A stretch of 64,000 nucleotides of DNA from a virus (Duplodnaviria; Heunggongvirae; Uroviricota; Caudoviricetes): the IMG/VR virus record IMGVR_UViG_3300046689_000419; one strand, given 5' to 3'. Below, in pieces: positions 37,297-46,597 of the stretch. Made by a program: the position numbers and the translations under genes. Within the stretch, counting starts at the first letter, position 1, and each line of letters begins with the position of its first letter. The notes under the pieces were generated by a model that made no database searches, was not told the origin of the DNA, and saw nothing but the letters and a program-made list of their open reading frames with translations.

Positions 37297-38880
37297 CTAG
37301 TCGCGGACCATGATCTCGCCGTCGTTCAGGTCCACCATGTGGTGCCGCATGACCTGCTCCATCACCGGCCGGAGAATCTCAGCCAGCGCGGTGTCCAGGG
37401 CCGGCTTAGTGGGCCGGTCGGTGGACACCTGGTGCGCCTCGATCTCGGTGCGCATGGCGTTCGCCGCCCGCAGGAAGTCCTCGGTGGCCAGTGGCTGGCC
37501 GAGCTTCCCGGTCCGGATGATGTTGTGCTTGACCACATCCTCCAGCGAACGAACGATGAACGCCGGCATCCACCCCTCGAAGGCGACATAGAGCTGGGAG
37601 TAGTCCAGCTCGACCCGCTGCGACTCCGGGATGTGGCTGTCGATCAACCGCTGGACCCCAGGCTGGTCGAGACCAGCAATGGTGATCGTGTGGTCGATCC
37701 GGTGCCCACCCTTCATCGACTTCGGGATCTCCTCGGGGTGGTTGGTGGTCATCAACAAGGTGACCGCGAAGCCCTTGTTCCGCAGCCCGTCGAACTCACC
37801 GAGCAGTGAGTCCATGGCGGCGGGGTTCTTGAACAGGTGCTCCACGTCCTCGATCACCATCACCGTGGGCTGCTCGAGCTGCTGGGTGAACCGCAGCGCC
37901 TGGACCAGCGGCTCGTTCCAGTTGACCTCCACGAAGTTGAAGCCGTTCTCCAGGCAGTACTGCCCGGCGATCGCGCAGGCGCAGGTCTTGCCGCCACCGT
38001 TGTCGCCGGACAACAGCACGTTGTTCGACAGCTTGATGTGGGTGCGCTCCACCTTCTGGACCGGCTCTCCACCGTGATGGCGGGTCTGCCCGGTGGGGGT
38101 GAGCTCGAAGACTGGGTTGCCTTCGGAGTCCACCACCGGGTAGCCGGCGTTGGCCTGCTTGATCAGCTCGTGCTTCTCGATCAGCCCGTAGATGTGCGCC
38201 TGCAGCTCCCACCAGTTCTCCTGGGAGTAGGCCACCGTGGTGCGGTCCACCGTGTACGGGTCGATGAACTCCGGCTGGGCGGTGACGTTGCGCATCGCCT
38301 TGCCAGCGTAGATCGAGTTCTCCTTCAGGTAGTCCTCGAGGAGGATGAAGAAGTTGGTGATGTCCGCCTCGTACTTCAGCTTCCCGTACGCGCTGACCTG
38401 GAAGGACAGCCCGTACTCCTGGTGCACCGACGCGCCCAGCTCGAACGTGGTCTCCCAGGGCTTGAAGTACATGTTGCCCCAGGGCACGTTGAAGGTCTCG
38501 CCGCGGTTGACCTCGACCGAGATCATCTGCGGCGGGGAGGCGAACCAACCCTGGGTCCGCCGCCCGAGCGGGGTGTCCCAGAGCTTCGTCAGCAGCTGGT
38601 TGAAGTTCCAGGCTCCATCCGGCGGGCGGCAGAAGAAGACCTTGGAGAACTCGTACATCTCCTGTTCGGCTTCCTTCTTCTCCCGGATGGTCTCCTCGGC
38701 GGTCTCCAGCTCCATGTCCACGGGCAACGCGATCTTCTTGCCACCGTCGTTGCGCCGCTCGATCTTCTCGGTCAGGGTGGATCGGTTCTTGCCGTGTTCG
38801 GCCAGAAGGTCACTGACGCGGCGGCGCTCCTCATCCGCTGCGTCGGTGCTCCACGGGTCGATCTTTTCCTGCTGAGCCAT
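37297..38880 (-). CDS. AAA+ ATPase with a ~250-aa N-terminal domain of unknown function
   Basis: Walker A 'GDNGGGKT', Walker B 'VMVIEDVEH', sensor 'TTNH'; 527 aa. Confidence 0.65.
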   Translation of the reverse strand: MAQQEKIDPWSTDAADEERRRVSDLLAEHGKNRSTLTEKIERRNDGGKKIALPVDMELETAEETIREKKEAEQEMYEFSKVFFCRPPDGAWNFNQLLTKLWDTPLGRRTQGWFASPPQMISVEVNRGETFNVPWGNMYFKPWETTFELGASVHQEYGLSFQVSAYGKLKYEADITNFFILLEDYLKENSIYAGKAMRNVTAQPEFIDPYTVDRTTVAYSQENWWELQAHIYGLIEKHELIKQANAGYPVVDSEGNPVFELTPTGQTRHHGGEPVQKVERTHIKLSNNVLLSGDNGGGKTCACAIAGQYCLENGFNFVEVNWNEPLVQALRFTQQLEQPTVMVIEDVEHLFKNPAAMDSLLGEFDGLRNKGFAVTLLMTTNHPEEIPKSMKGGHRIDHTITIAGLDQPGVQRLIDSHIPESQRVELDYSQLYVAFEGWMPAFIVRSLEDVVKHNIIRTGKLGQPLATEDFLRAANAMRTEIEAHQVSTDRPTKPALDTALAEILRPVMEQVMRHHMVDLNDGEIMVRD

Positions 38881-38957
38881 TCGTTTTGATCCCTTCGAGA
38901 ATCAGTTTGGTGGTGCCTTGGCTGTGCGGGTAGTGCGGCTGGTGCTTTGTTGCCTCC

Positions 38958-39419
38958 TCACAAATCTCTGTAGAGGTGTCTGCGCTCGAGCAGGTCCTCG
39001 AGGCTCCAGATCTCCTTGTAGGCCTCGATCGCGGCTGACCCGTCCGGGTCATCGTCCGGATCGCCGTGCCAGGAGATCTGTGGTCGGGGCCAGGACAGCG
39101 GATAGGTCTCCACCTGTCCGGGGGCTGGGTAGTACTCACAGACGGCCTCGCCGTACATGCCGACCGACCAGCCGGTCATCACGATTGCCAGCAAGCTCTT
39201 GTTCTCGAGCATTCGCTGACGAGCCCGGTTGACTTTGCGGAGCACGAACTCCTCGTCGCCTCCGATCCGGGGGATGGTGGTGACGATGTAGTCCTTGTCG
39301 ATCAAGTGGATGGCATCGGAGAGTCCATCCCCGATCCCGGCCAGTTCGATGATGTGCCGAACCATTGCGACCAGTGTCTTGTCATCCGGCTGCCTTACCT
39401 GCTGCTTCTGCTTGGGCAT
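38958..39419 (-). CDS. Hypothetical protein
   Basis: 153 aa with a coding-like frame. Confidence 0.45.
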   Translation of the reverse strand: MPKQKQQVRQPDDKTLVAMVRHIIELAGIGDGLSDAIHLIDKDYIVTTIPRIGGDEEFVLRKVNRARQRMLENKSLLAIVMTGWSVGMYGEAVCEYYPAPGQVETYPLSWPRPQISWHGDPDDDPDGSAAIEAYKEIWSLEDLLERRHLYRDL

Positions 39420-39483
39420 TGCCCCTCCTTGCTAGTGGAACGGGAAAGGGGAGGGACCCGGATGGGTCCCTCCCCTCGGTGAC

Positions 39484-40581
39484 TCAGACAGCCGTGCCCT
39501 TGATCTTGTCGTGCTCGGTCTTCAGCCGACGGATCTTGTTGAACCGGACGTTCTCCTTGATCGCACCCTGGTTGAGCGCCATCAGGTAGTGCCCGGCAGC
39601 CCTGGCGTGGTAGGTCTCCCCCGCGTGCTGGTCCTCCCACTCCTTCTTCAAGGAGGCCTTGAAGTCGTTGTGGATGCGGTTGACGGTGGCGTCCCTCTTG
39701 ATCCCGGGGTGCTTGCCACCCCGGACGTGGACCAGGTTCTGGCGCGCCTGCAACTCGCACAGGTACTCCAGGTCCTTGTCCGGCTTGCTCTCCTCGGCGT
39801 TGATCAGCTCGTCCAGGTAGTTGAACCGCTGGTCGAGCGTCTCGTTGGGATCCAGGTCGCCCTCGGGCAACTGGACCATGTAACCCCCATTGGCCGGCGG
39901 GGCCGAGGTGACCTCGACCTCGGCAGCGTTGGCCTCGGCGACCGCCTGCTGGGCGGCCTCGATAATCTCCTCGGTCTCGACCTTCGCCTCGACCTTGGCT
40001 TCCGCAGTGGCCTTCTCGATCTTCGCTGCCTCGATGGTCTCCTTGGCGGCTTCCTTGGCAGCGGCGTCGATGACCTTGGCGCTCTCCTCGAGCGCGTCGC
40101 TCACCTTGTCCACCGCCTCGGCGATTCGCTGACGCGGCTTCCGCTTCGGCTTCGGCTTCTCCTCGGGCTCTTCGGGAGCACCGGTGGAGACGACCTCGAG
40201 TCCGACGACCTTCTCCTTGCCGCGCCGGCGCACGACGTAGATGGTCACCGAGATCAGACCAAGCACTCCGATCCCAGCCAGGATGGCCAGGAGCTTGGAC
40301 CCCCACAGGATTCCAGCGACCCCACCAGCGGCAATGGCCGCCGGCCTGATCACGTACCGGCCCGTCCAACGGACGCCCGGCTGGACCCAGCCCCAGACCT
40401 TGCTCGAGGCGGACTTCGCCAAGCGCCAGGCCCAGGTGACCGGGGTGAGGTTGAGGAACCAGTTGCCGGCCTTCTTGGCAACCTGGGTGATGCTCCGGCT
40501 CAGTCGCCGGAAGCGGTCCGCGACCCGCGCCATGAAGGCGTCTCTGTCGGGCATCGCGGGAACAACTGCGATTGCAGTCAT
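39484..40581 (-). CDS. Membrane protein with TM segments and an Ala/Glu/Lys coiled-coil region
   Basis: Start 'MTAIAVVPAMPDRDAFMARVADRFRR'; hydrophobic helices (GILWGSKLLAILAGIGVLGLISVTIYVV). Confidence 0.5.
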   Translation of the reverse strand: MTAIAVVPAMPDRDAFMARVADRFRRLSRSITQVAKKAGNWFLNLTPVTWAWRLAKSASSKVWGWVQPGVRWTGRYVIRPAAIAAGGVAGILWGSKLLAILAGIGVLGLISVTIYVVRRRGKEKVVGLEVVSTGAPEEPEEKPKPKRKPRQRIAEAVDKVSDALEESAKVIDAAAKEAAKETIEAAKIEKATAEAKVEAKVETEEIIEAAQQAVAEANAAEVEVTSAPPANGGYMVQLPEGDLDPNETLDQRFNYLDELINAEESKPDKDLEYLCELQARQNLVHVRGGKHPGIKRDATVNRIHNDFKASLKKEWEDQHAGETYHARAAGHYLMALNQGAIKENVRFNKIRRLKTEHDKIKGTAV

Positions 40582-40725
40582 CGTGATCACATTCCTTTCC
40601 GAATGCGTTGTAGGTGTGGTGCGGTTGCATGCCGGGCCCTCATCGGGGCCGCCCCGCAGGGCTGGCGATTGCCACATGTCTTTGGCCCTCTTCGAGGCCC
40701 ACCCGCAGGTTCCGGACATGCAAAA

Positions 40726-40756
40726 AGGCCCACCGGCTATCTGAGCCGGTGGGCCT
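40726..40756 (-). terminator. Terminator-like hairpin followed by the TTTTTGCATGTCCGG motif
   Basis: 12-bp GC stem aggcccaccggc/gccggtgggcct; on the minus strand followed by TTTTTGCATGTCCGGAA. Confidence 0.45.
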
Positions 40757-40857
40757 TAGTGAACGGTCAGCCTTTGACAGCCGACCGTCCTTCGCGCAGG
40801 CTGAAGCCCGAGCGACTGAAAACAGTCTATCACATGCATTCCACGCATGTCACTACA

Positions 40858-41139
40858 TCAGGTGAAGTCCCCTGTGCGCCACCTGGCGAAGTCCGCCGCT
40901 ACCGAACCCACGGTGGCGTTGATGTCGAGCTCCCGGTCCTGCTTCTTCTGCTCCTCGACCAGGTACCGAGCGTGGTTGATGGTGCTGGCCAGGTTGCCTC
41001 GTTCCCAGGTTCCGACGATCGCCTCGATGGCAGCGCGGAGTTCGTTGCGCTGCTGCTCGGCCTTGCGCAGCGCGTAGGCGATGTGCGCCGCCTCCTGCCT
41101 GGCGTTAGCCAGTTCCTTCTCCGGGTCCTTCTCGGTCAT
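40858..41139 (-). CDS. Hypothetical coiled-coil protein
   Basis: 93 aa. Confidence 0.45.
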   Translation of the reverse strand: MTEKDPEKELANARQEAAHIAYALRKAEQQRNELRAAIEAIVGTWERGNLASTINHARYLVEEQKKQDRELDINATVGSVAADFARWRTGDFT

Positions 41140-41288
41140 GGCTGCTCCTCCAGCTTTCGGCGCATTGTCCGGAAGTCGTCCGTAACCTGTGCCATGAAGG
41201 TGTCGCGGTCGGGAATCTCAGGAACCTCGGGAGCCACTCGGTAGTCAGCCAGGTAGATCACCTTCCCGATCTCGCCTTCCTCGGTCAT
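41136..41288 (-). CDS. Small protein homologous to the N-terminus of the 39484-40581 membrane protein
   Basis: 'PDRDTFMAQVTDDFR' versus 'PDRDAFMARVADRFR'. Confidence 0.35.
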   Translation of the reverse strand: MTEEGEIGKVIYLADYRVAPEVPEIPDRDTFMAQVTDDFRTMRRKLEEQP

Positions 41289-41497
41289 GGCTGCTCCTCT
41301 CCGAAGTCGAAGAACTGCTTGACCTCGGAGGGCAACTCCTCGCCGGCGAACAGCTCGACCACGAGCTTGCGTGCCTCGTCGCCCTCCAGCCGGCCGATGG
41401 GGCCGCCCTCGCGCATCCCGAGAGAGGCCATCTCGAGATCGATCAGCGCATCCTCGGCGGTGATGAACTGCTCCCCGTCCGGGTTGTCGGTGGTCAT
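41285..41497 (-). CDS. Acidic small protein
   Basis: 70 aa, Asp/Glu-rich. Confidence 0.4.
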   Translation of the reverse strand: MTTDNPDGEQFITAEDALIDLEMASLGMREGGPIGRLEGDEARKLVVELFAGEELPSEVKQFFDFGEEQP

Positions 41498-41730
41498 GTT
41501 CCTTCCTCCTTGGGTGGTTGGTACTGGGCCTCCATCTCATCGAAGGCCTTCTTGACTGCCGCGATGACCGGCCCCAGCCGGTCGATGTCCGCGAGGGTGG
41601 TCGGGTCTGAGTCCCGAGCCCGCTTCATGAACTCCTCGGCGCAGTCCGCGATCCGGGTGAAGGCATCAGCCATCCGGTTGATGTCGTTGCAGAACTTGTG
41701 GTCCATGTGGCTACCGGGCTCGCCTGGCAT
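41494..41730 (-). CDS. Hypothetical protein
   Basis: 78 aa. Confidence 0.45.
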   Translation of the reverse strand: MPGEPGSHMDHKFCNDINRMADAFTRIADCAEEFMKRARDSDPTTLADIDRLGPVIAAVKKAFDEMEAQYQPPKEEGT

Positions 41731-41840
41731 CAGCGTGCCTCCTTTCTAGTGGGGGAGTAGGAACGCGCCGAAGATCGCCCAGAGAACGGGGACCAGGACC
41801 AGGATCGTGACCACGATCAGCACGACCTTCACGGTGATCG

Positions 41841-42437
41841 TCATGACATCGCCTTCCATCCGCCGCACTTGGGACCCGGAGCCACCATGCAGACCCGCAG
41901 GCCGTAGCCGATCCGGTACTGGGTCTTCAGGTCCATGTCGGAGCAGACCCTGGTGCCCTTGATCGAGACCGTGCAGATCCGAGCCGAGTAGGAGTGCACG
42001 ACCATCACCGGCTTGTTGTTCACCTTCGGGTGCAGCAGCGCCCAGGTGATGTAGGCCGGGCTGGTGATGGTGGGGAACTGCCAGGGAGTCATTCGCTGCC
42101 AGACCACCCTGGTGACCACCGGGCCGAAGGTCACCTTCACCGACTGCAGCGACCCGAGCGAGCTGTGCGCGATGAACGACGGGTGCGGCGTGGAGGCCCA
42201 CCTGATGTAGCGGGACCCCTCCGGGCTGCGGTAGGAACACCCCAGCTCGAGGGCAGCCGCGTCGATGCCGGAGATCGAGCCACTGAGCACCGCCCTGGCC
42301 TGCTTGAAGTGCGTGGCGCAGTAGGGGGTCCTGGTGCCGTACGCCGCCTGCGCGTTGGTCTGCATCCCCAGGACGGCGGTGATCACCAGAGTGGTCATCA
42401 CCAGCCCGAGGAAGAGCCTGAACTGCTTGACGGTCAT
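41841..42437 (-). CDS. Secreted / membrane-anchored Cys-containing protein (signal peptide)
   Basis: N-terminus 'MTVKQFRLFLGLVMTTLVITAVLGMQTNAQAAYG' looks like a signal peptide; 198 aa. Confidence 0.5.
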   Translation of the reverse strand: MTVKQFRLFLGLVMTTLVITAVLGMQTNAQAAYGTRTPYCATHFKQARAVLSGSISGIDAAALELGCSYRSPEGSRYIRWASTPHPSFIAHSSLGSLQSVKVTFGPVVTRVVWQRMTPWQFPTITSPAYITWALLHPKVNNKPVMVVHSYSARICTVSIKGTRVCSDMDLKTQYRIGYGLRVCMVAPGPKCGGWKAMS

Positions 42438-42694
42438 CAGAACCACACCCACTCGAGCTTGACCCAGTTGAACCGGTCCGGCTGGAGCATCAGGTAGGTC
42501 GCCCAGGCGTTCGCCTTGCCCACCATGTCGGAGAGCAGCATCGCCTGCTCGTGGGGCTTCTGCGCGCTGTGCCACTCCTCGCTGCTGATGAACCACTGCC
42601 GGGTGAACTCCGGCTCCGGGGTGCCGGGCAGCACCCCGGCCACTACGTCCACACCGCACCTGGCGGTCTGGGTCTCACTGCTGAGCTTGCTCAT
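42437..42694 (-). CDS. Hypothetical protein
   Basis: 85 aa. Confidence 0.4.
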   Translation of the reverse strand: MSKLSSETQTARCGVDVVAGVLPGTPEPEFTRQWFISSEEWHSAQKPHEQAMLLSDMVGKANAWATYLMLQPDRFNWVKLEWVWF

Positions 42695-42960
42695 CGGCTT
42701 GCCTTCTCCTTGATCTTGACCTGGGCCTGGTACTTCGCGGCCTGGACCTTGGCGCGCTGCAGGATGGTGATCAGCGCATCGATGTTGTCGGGGTGGATGG
42801 CGACATGAGTCTGAGACTCACCGAGCCCCTTCGCGGCCTCCCATTCGGCGAGGACCACCACGCCGTCGCCGTTGATCTGCGGCCGGAACCACAGCACCTT
42901 GGACCACTTGTACGCACGTTTGCCGCCGGTGCTGACGACGATGAGCTTCTTCAATGCCAT
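42691..42960 (-). CDS. Hypothetical protein
   Basis: 89 aa. Confidence 0.45.
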   Translation of the reverse strand: MALKKLIVVSTGGKRAYKWSKVLWFRPQINGDGVVVLAEWEAAKGLGESQTHVAIHPDNIDALITILQRAKVQAAKYQAQVKIKEKASR

Positions 42961-42972
42961 GTGCTTTCTCCT

Positions 42973-43290
42973 TCACTCGTTGCGCCCATAGGGATGAGGG
43001 ACGCTTCTCATAGCCCGCTTCCGCCCGTGCAGGGCAGCGAGCAGGGACTCGATATACGGGTCGTACAGGCCGGCGGCCACGCCCTCGATCAGATCATCGA
43101 TCTCGGGCGGGCCGGCGGCCGGATGGGCCGGAGGCTCCTCCTCCACCTCGACGCGGCGCAACCACTCCCAGGAGTGGTAGAACCGCCGTGGGTCCATGGA
43201 CAGAGCCTCGGTGTGCTTGGCCGGCGCGGTGCAGACCAGCGTCTGGCCGGATCTGCTGGTGAACTTCTCACCACAGACCCGGTAGCTCAT
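42973..43290 (-). CDS. Hypothetical protein
   Basis: 105 aa. Confidence 0.45.
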   Translation of the reverse strand: MSYRVCGEKFTSRSGQTLVCTAPAKHTEALSMDPRRFYHSWEWLRRVEVEEEPPAHPAAGPPEIDDLIEGVAAGLYDPYIESLLAALHGRKRAMRSVPHPYGRNE

Positions 43291-43649
43291 GGCTGGGCTC
43301 CGGCCCTCCTGGTGAAGATCTCCATGTAGGTCTCCAGGTCGGCCTTGTGCAGCGCTGCCTTGTACTCATCGGCCTCGTTCTCCAGCTCCTCGACCTTGTT
43401 GACGATCCGCAGGACCACCTGGGCCAGCACCTGGTTGAACTGGGCGTAGAGCGCGGGCAGAGCCTGGTAGGGGATCACGATCTCGGTGACCGTGAACCCG
43501 TGACCGTGTGGCTCCTCCCAGGTGGCCAGCCGGATCTCCTCCTCGTCCGGCCGGTCGATGAAGCCGACTGCCAGGTGGTCGTGGGCCGGGTCGAACCAGT
43601 GGTCGCTCTTGGCCCTGGTCCGCACCCTGAAGGTGGGTTCGTCAGTCAT
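43287..43649 (-). CDS. Hypothetical protein
   Basis: Internal ATG with strong RBS AGGAGGAACGAGC; the upstream part of the longer ORF is Arg-rich junk. Confidence 0.45.
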   Translation of the reverse strand: MTDEPTFRVRTRAKSDHWFDPAHDHLAVGFIDRPDEEEIRLATWEEPHGHGFTVTEIVIPYQALPALYAQFNQVLAQVVLRIVNKVEELENEADEYKAALHKADLETYMEIFTRRAGAQP

Positions 43650-43974
43650 GCTCGTTCCTCCTGATCGGCAGCTCGATGATCCGCGGCAGTGGCTCCGGCC
43701 CGACGTACTGCACGCACCGGCAGGTGGACAGCACTGAGCGCGGACCGAAGGTCCCTGCACGGGTGTGGATGACGGTGTAGTGGCACCCCGCCTCGTCGTG
43801 GAACGAGATGTGGTGCGCGCAACCGCAGAACGGGTCCGGATCCTCGAGGGACCGGACCCGCTCCTGCAGCTTCTTGTTCGCGACGCGATAGGTCTCACCC
43901 CAACCCAGGGTGAGGAACCAGCCGACCAGCAGCACCAGGTTGCAGGCCAGCGAGACCCACAACCAGGCGGTCAT
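43642..43974 (-). CDS. Membrane-anchored Cys/His-rich protein (family C: CGCxHHxxFH...CxCxxYVGPxP)
   Basis: N-terminal TM helix; motif shared with 48994-49254. Confidence 0.5.
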   Translation of the reverse strand: MTAWLWVSLACNLVLLVGWFLTLGWGETYRVANKKLQERVRSLEDPDPFCGCAHHISFHDEAGCHYTVIHTRAGTFGPRSVLSTCRCVQYVGPEPLPRIIELPIRRNEHD

Positions 43975-44213
43975 CGAACGACTACCTCCTGGTCGGTGTG
44001 GATCTCGATCTTGGTGTAGCCGTGCGCCTTGTCGGCGAGGATCGCCTTGGCAGCCGTCCAGACCTCGCCGTTCACCTTCAGGTGCTCCACCTCGGTGGCG
44101 ACCGGCGTGGACTTCTTCTTGCGACGCTTCTTCTTGACTGGGGTGACCTCGCCACTGGCGATCGCCTGCACCGCGTTCTCGTGCAGGCTGGCCTTGTCCT
44201 GAAGCTCGTTCAT
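43971..44213 (-). CDS. Small basic protein
   Basis: RBS GAAGGAGGAGGA; 80 aa with a poly-Lys/Arg tract. Confidence 0.45.
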   Translation of the reverse strand: MNELQDKASLHENAVQAIASGEVTPVKKKRRKKKSTPVATEVEHLKVNGEVWTAAKAILADKAHGYTKIEIHTDQEVVVR

Positions 44214-44338
44214 TCCTCCTCCTTCGGTGGTGGCAGGGTGCCGTGGCCTCGGCAGGCCGGGCAGGTCTTGAAGATGTGGTAGCCGGACTTGGCCTCTACC
44301 AGCACGAGTCCGCCGCCCGAGCACAGCGTGCACCTCAA
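44210..44338 (-). CDS. Zinc-ribbon micro-protein (CTLC...CPAC)
   Basis: Probable TTG start with TTGA overlap; four Cys in CxxC pairs. Confidence 0.3.
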   Translation of the reverse strand: MRCTLCSGGGLVLVEAKSGYHIFKTCPACRGHGTLPPPKEEE

Positions 44339-44538
44339 CGTGCCTTCGCCCCCTCGCAGCCGGCGAGGTGGTTCTCCATGAGCTCCTTGGCGATGTAGGC
44401 ATCGGTGCGCAGCCGATGCAGCCGCCGGCGCTCCGGGGGACTGGGGTGTCGGCTCCGGGTCCGCTCGGTCAGGGACCTGACCTCGCTGGAGACGCTGATG
44501 TAGTGCCGCTTCAACTCGTTGCACTCGGTGCAGGCCAC
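44335..44538 (-). CDS. Small Cys-containing protein
   Basis: GTG start; 67 aa 'MACTECNELKRHYISV...'. Confidence 0.4.
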   Translation of the reverse strand: MACTECNELKRHYISVSSEVRSLTERTRSRHPSPPERRRLHRLRTDAYIAKELMENHLAGCEGAKAR

Positions 44539-44639
44539 TGGCTCCCCTTCAGGATGGCTGGCATGATTGGTGATGTTTCATTCCTTTCCATGGTGAGAGC
44601 CCCCGGGGGTCTGGTGAACTCCCGGGGGCTCTGTGGTGT

Positions 44640-44906
44640 CTACGCCGCGGTGATGCTGTCCGCGCACTCGAAGATCGGCGAGTTGATGTGGTGCACCACC
44701 ACGTCGTCCGCATCGAAGGCTACGAAGGTGACCATCCGGACGTGCTTGGATCCCGGGACGGTCAGCAGGGCCGGCTCGACGCCGACCGCGAGCATGTCGG
44801 CGTACTCCTTCATCGCCACGTGCAGCTTGTCGTGATCGGACTTGAAACTTCGGCCGTTGCAGAACGTGACTCCGACCTCGTACCTGACGGATCTGGGCTC
44901 GGCCAT
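44640..44906 (-). CDS. Hypothetical protein
   Basis: RBS GAAGGAGGG; 88 aa. Confidence 0.45.
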   Translation of the reverse strand: MAEPRSVRYEVGVTFCNGRSFKSDHDKLHVAMKEYADMLAVGVEPALLTVPGSKHVRMVTFVAFDADDVVVHHINSPIFECADSITAA

Positions 44907-44934
44907 GATCCCTCCTTCTGGGTCTTGCCCCGGA

Positions 44935-45315
44935 CTATCTCCAGTCCAGGATCTGAATGTAGTGACCACGATCGCTCCTTCCGGTGACTGCCGGGGCCAG
45001 CAGCCGGTCCGGTGGACCGGCCAGTCGGTACCGGGAGAACCTCGAGCAGAAGATCGTGAGGTCGGCCCAGGCCACCGCATCGTCCGCGGTGACCAGGAAC
45101 TCCTCGCCGAGGGCGGCAAGGAGTCTGGTCAGCGAGTCCCGGGATGGTGACTCGCGACCCTTCTCGATCGCGCAGAGCATCCCCCGGCTCACGCCGGCGC
45201 TCCGTGCGACTTCGGTCTGAGTGAACCGGTGTACCGAGCGCGCCACTGCCAGCAGCGCCCCCAACCTCCGGTTGTCCTCAGCATGGCTGCTCCCGATGTG
45301 CAGCGTTTCGCTCAT
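44935..45315 (-). CDS. XRE-family helix-turn-helix transcriptional regulator
   Basis: 'FTQTEVARSAGVSRGMLCAIEKGRESPSRDSLTRLLAALG' is a typical HTH_3 motif; RBS GGAAGGAG. Confidence 0.65.
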   Translation of the reverse strand: MSETLHIGSSHAEDNRRLGALLAVARSVHRFTQTEVARSAGVSRGMLCAIEKGRESPSRDSLTRLLAALGEEFLVTADDAVAWADLTIFCSRFSRYRLAGPPDRLLAPAVTGRSDRGHYIQILDWR

Positions 45316-45533
45316 CCGAACTCCTTCCTGATGAAGCCGTTGAGTTGTTCCTGGACCCACTCGGCGGGCAGGGTCTCTTCTCCCGATAGCAGGGTGTACT
45401 CGAACACCCCGATGGCCAGCACCCGGAACTCGGACTCGAGCATCCACATCCGAGTCCGGGTGGCGACCAGACATACCACGTACCCGGCGACGAACCAGAA
45501 CAGTGATACGAAGACGAGGACCAGCCACGTCAT
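45312..45533 (-). CDS. Small membrane protein
   Basis: 73 aa, N-terminal TM helix. Confidence 0.4.
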   Translation of the reverse strand: MTWLVLVFVSLFWFVAGYVVCLVATRTRMWMLESEFRVLAIGVFEYTLLSGEETLPAEWVQEQLNGFIRKEFG

Positions 45534-45862
45534 TCGTCGTCGCTGTCGTCGTGGTCGTCGAACGTGGCCAGCGCCTGAAGCATCTTCGCCCTGACTTCCT
45601 CTGGGGTGTCGCCCGGGTGGACCGTGAAGGTGACAGCGCCGGTGGTGTGGGACTTCCGCAGCCTGACCCCCAGCCGGTTCAGCAGTCGGAACAGCCAGGA
45701 CCGGTAGGTGTAGGCCTCCTTGATGAACTCGTTCTTGATCGTCACCGAGTCCAGGTCCTTCAAGGTCCGCTCGTCCTTGACGAGCCAGAGGTAGGTGCCG
45801 ACTACCTCGCGAATGACGAGTGCGCCGAGCAGGATGCCCAGGACGTACCTCAGCCGCCTCAT
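45530..45862 (-). CDS. Membrane protein with acidic C-terminus
   Basis: 110 aa, TM helix 'YVLGILLGALVI'. Confidence 0.45.
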   Translation of the reverse strand: MRRLRYVLGILLGALVIREVVGTYLWLVKDERTLKDLDSVTIKNEFIKEAYTYRSWLFRLLNRLGVRLRKSHTTGAVTFTVHPGDTPEEVRAKMLQALATFDDHDDSDDE

Positions 45863-46014
45863 GCGACCCTCTTCAGGACGAGGAACTGCAGGCCGCGGAT
45901 CAACACGAACTTCGCGGTATCCTCACCGCCGTTCTGCCAGGCCCAGTTGGCGGCCTTTCCACTCTGGGTCGGGAGTTTCTTGGCAGTGCGCTTGAGCTTC
46001 TTCTTGACCTTCAT
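45859..46014 (-). CDS. Small basic protein (51 aa)
   Basis: 'MKVKKKLKRTAKK...'; below the ORF-track cutoff. Confidence 0.3.
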   Translation of the reverse strand: MKVKKKLKRTAKKLPTQSGKAANWAWQNGGEDTAKFVLIRGLQFLVLKRVA

Positions 46015-46102
46015 GGTGTTGCCTTTCTGTTGACGTGCAGAAGGCCCCGCCGCGGGGTGCGACGGGGCCGGGGCGACCCGGGTAGGAAACCGGGCCGGTG
46101 GA

Positions 46103-46597
46103 TCACTTCTTCTTCTTCTTGCGGTCCCGGCTCCACTTCCAGGACCTTGACCAGATCACCGGGCTGCCCTCCTCGCCGGTCTTCGCCCAGGCGATCAGGG
46201 CCTTGTTCGGGCTGGTGTGGAACTCGATCCTCCGTGAGCTCGCCTCCCGCCACTTGTCCTGCAGCCACTCCGGCGGAGTGGTCTGAACCGCGATCTCCTC
46301 GGCGAGGTAGACCCGGCCCCAGTAGACCTGTGAGGCGAACGGATCGGGCTCGTCCCCGATCCAGCAGAACGGCGCGTTCAGCACGTCCTCCTCGCAGGCC
46401 ATGCAGTAATCGACCCCGGAGCCGAAGACAGCGTGCCCGGTCTCCGGCTCGTAGACGGCCGCCACCTCGAACCAGTGATGACCACGACTACAGGTCATCT
46501 CGGCGATCATCGTTGTGGTGTCCGGTGCGCTGAGGGACTCGATGAGCTCGTGCCTGTCGAAGTCGTAGAGCACCAGGTCCTTCCACGAGGTGCTCAT
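46103..46597 (-). CDS. Hypothetical protein
   Basis: 164 aa with several Cys/His. Confidence 0.45.
   Translation of the reverse strand: MSTSWKDLVLYDFDRHELIESLSAPDTTTMIAEMTCSRGHHWFEVAAVYEPETGHAVFGSGVDYCMACEEDVLNAPFCWIGDEPDPFASQVYWGRVYLAEEIAVQTTPPEWLQDKWREASSRRIEFHTSPNKALIAWAKTGEEGSPVIWSRSWKWSRDRKKKKK

Noticed and set aside
35817-37313. 498-aa plus-strand ORF across the ParB-like gene region.
   Set aside because: Antisense to a gene with a clear ParB DGxHR motif; composition Arg/Gly/Pro-rich.
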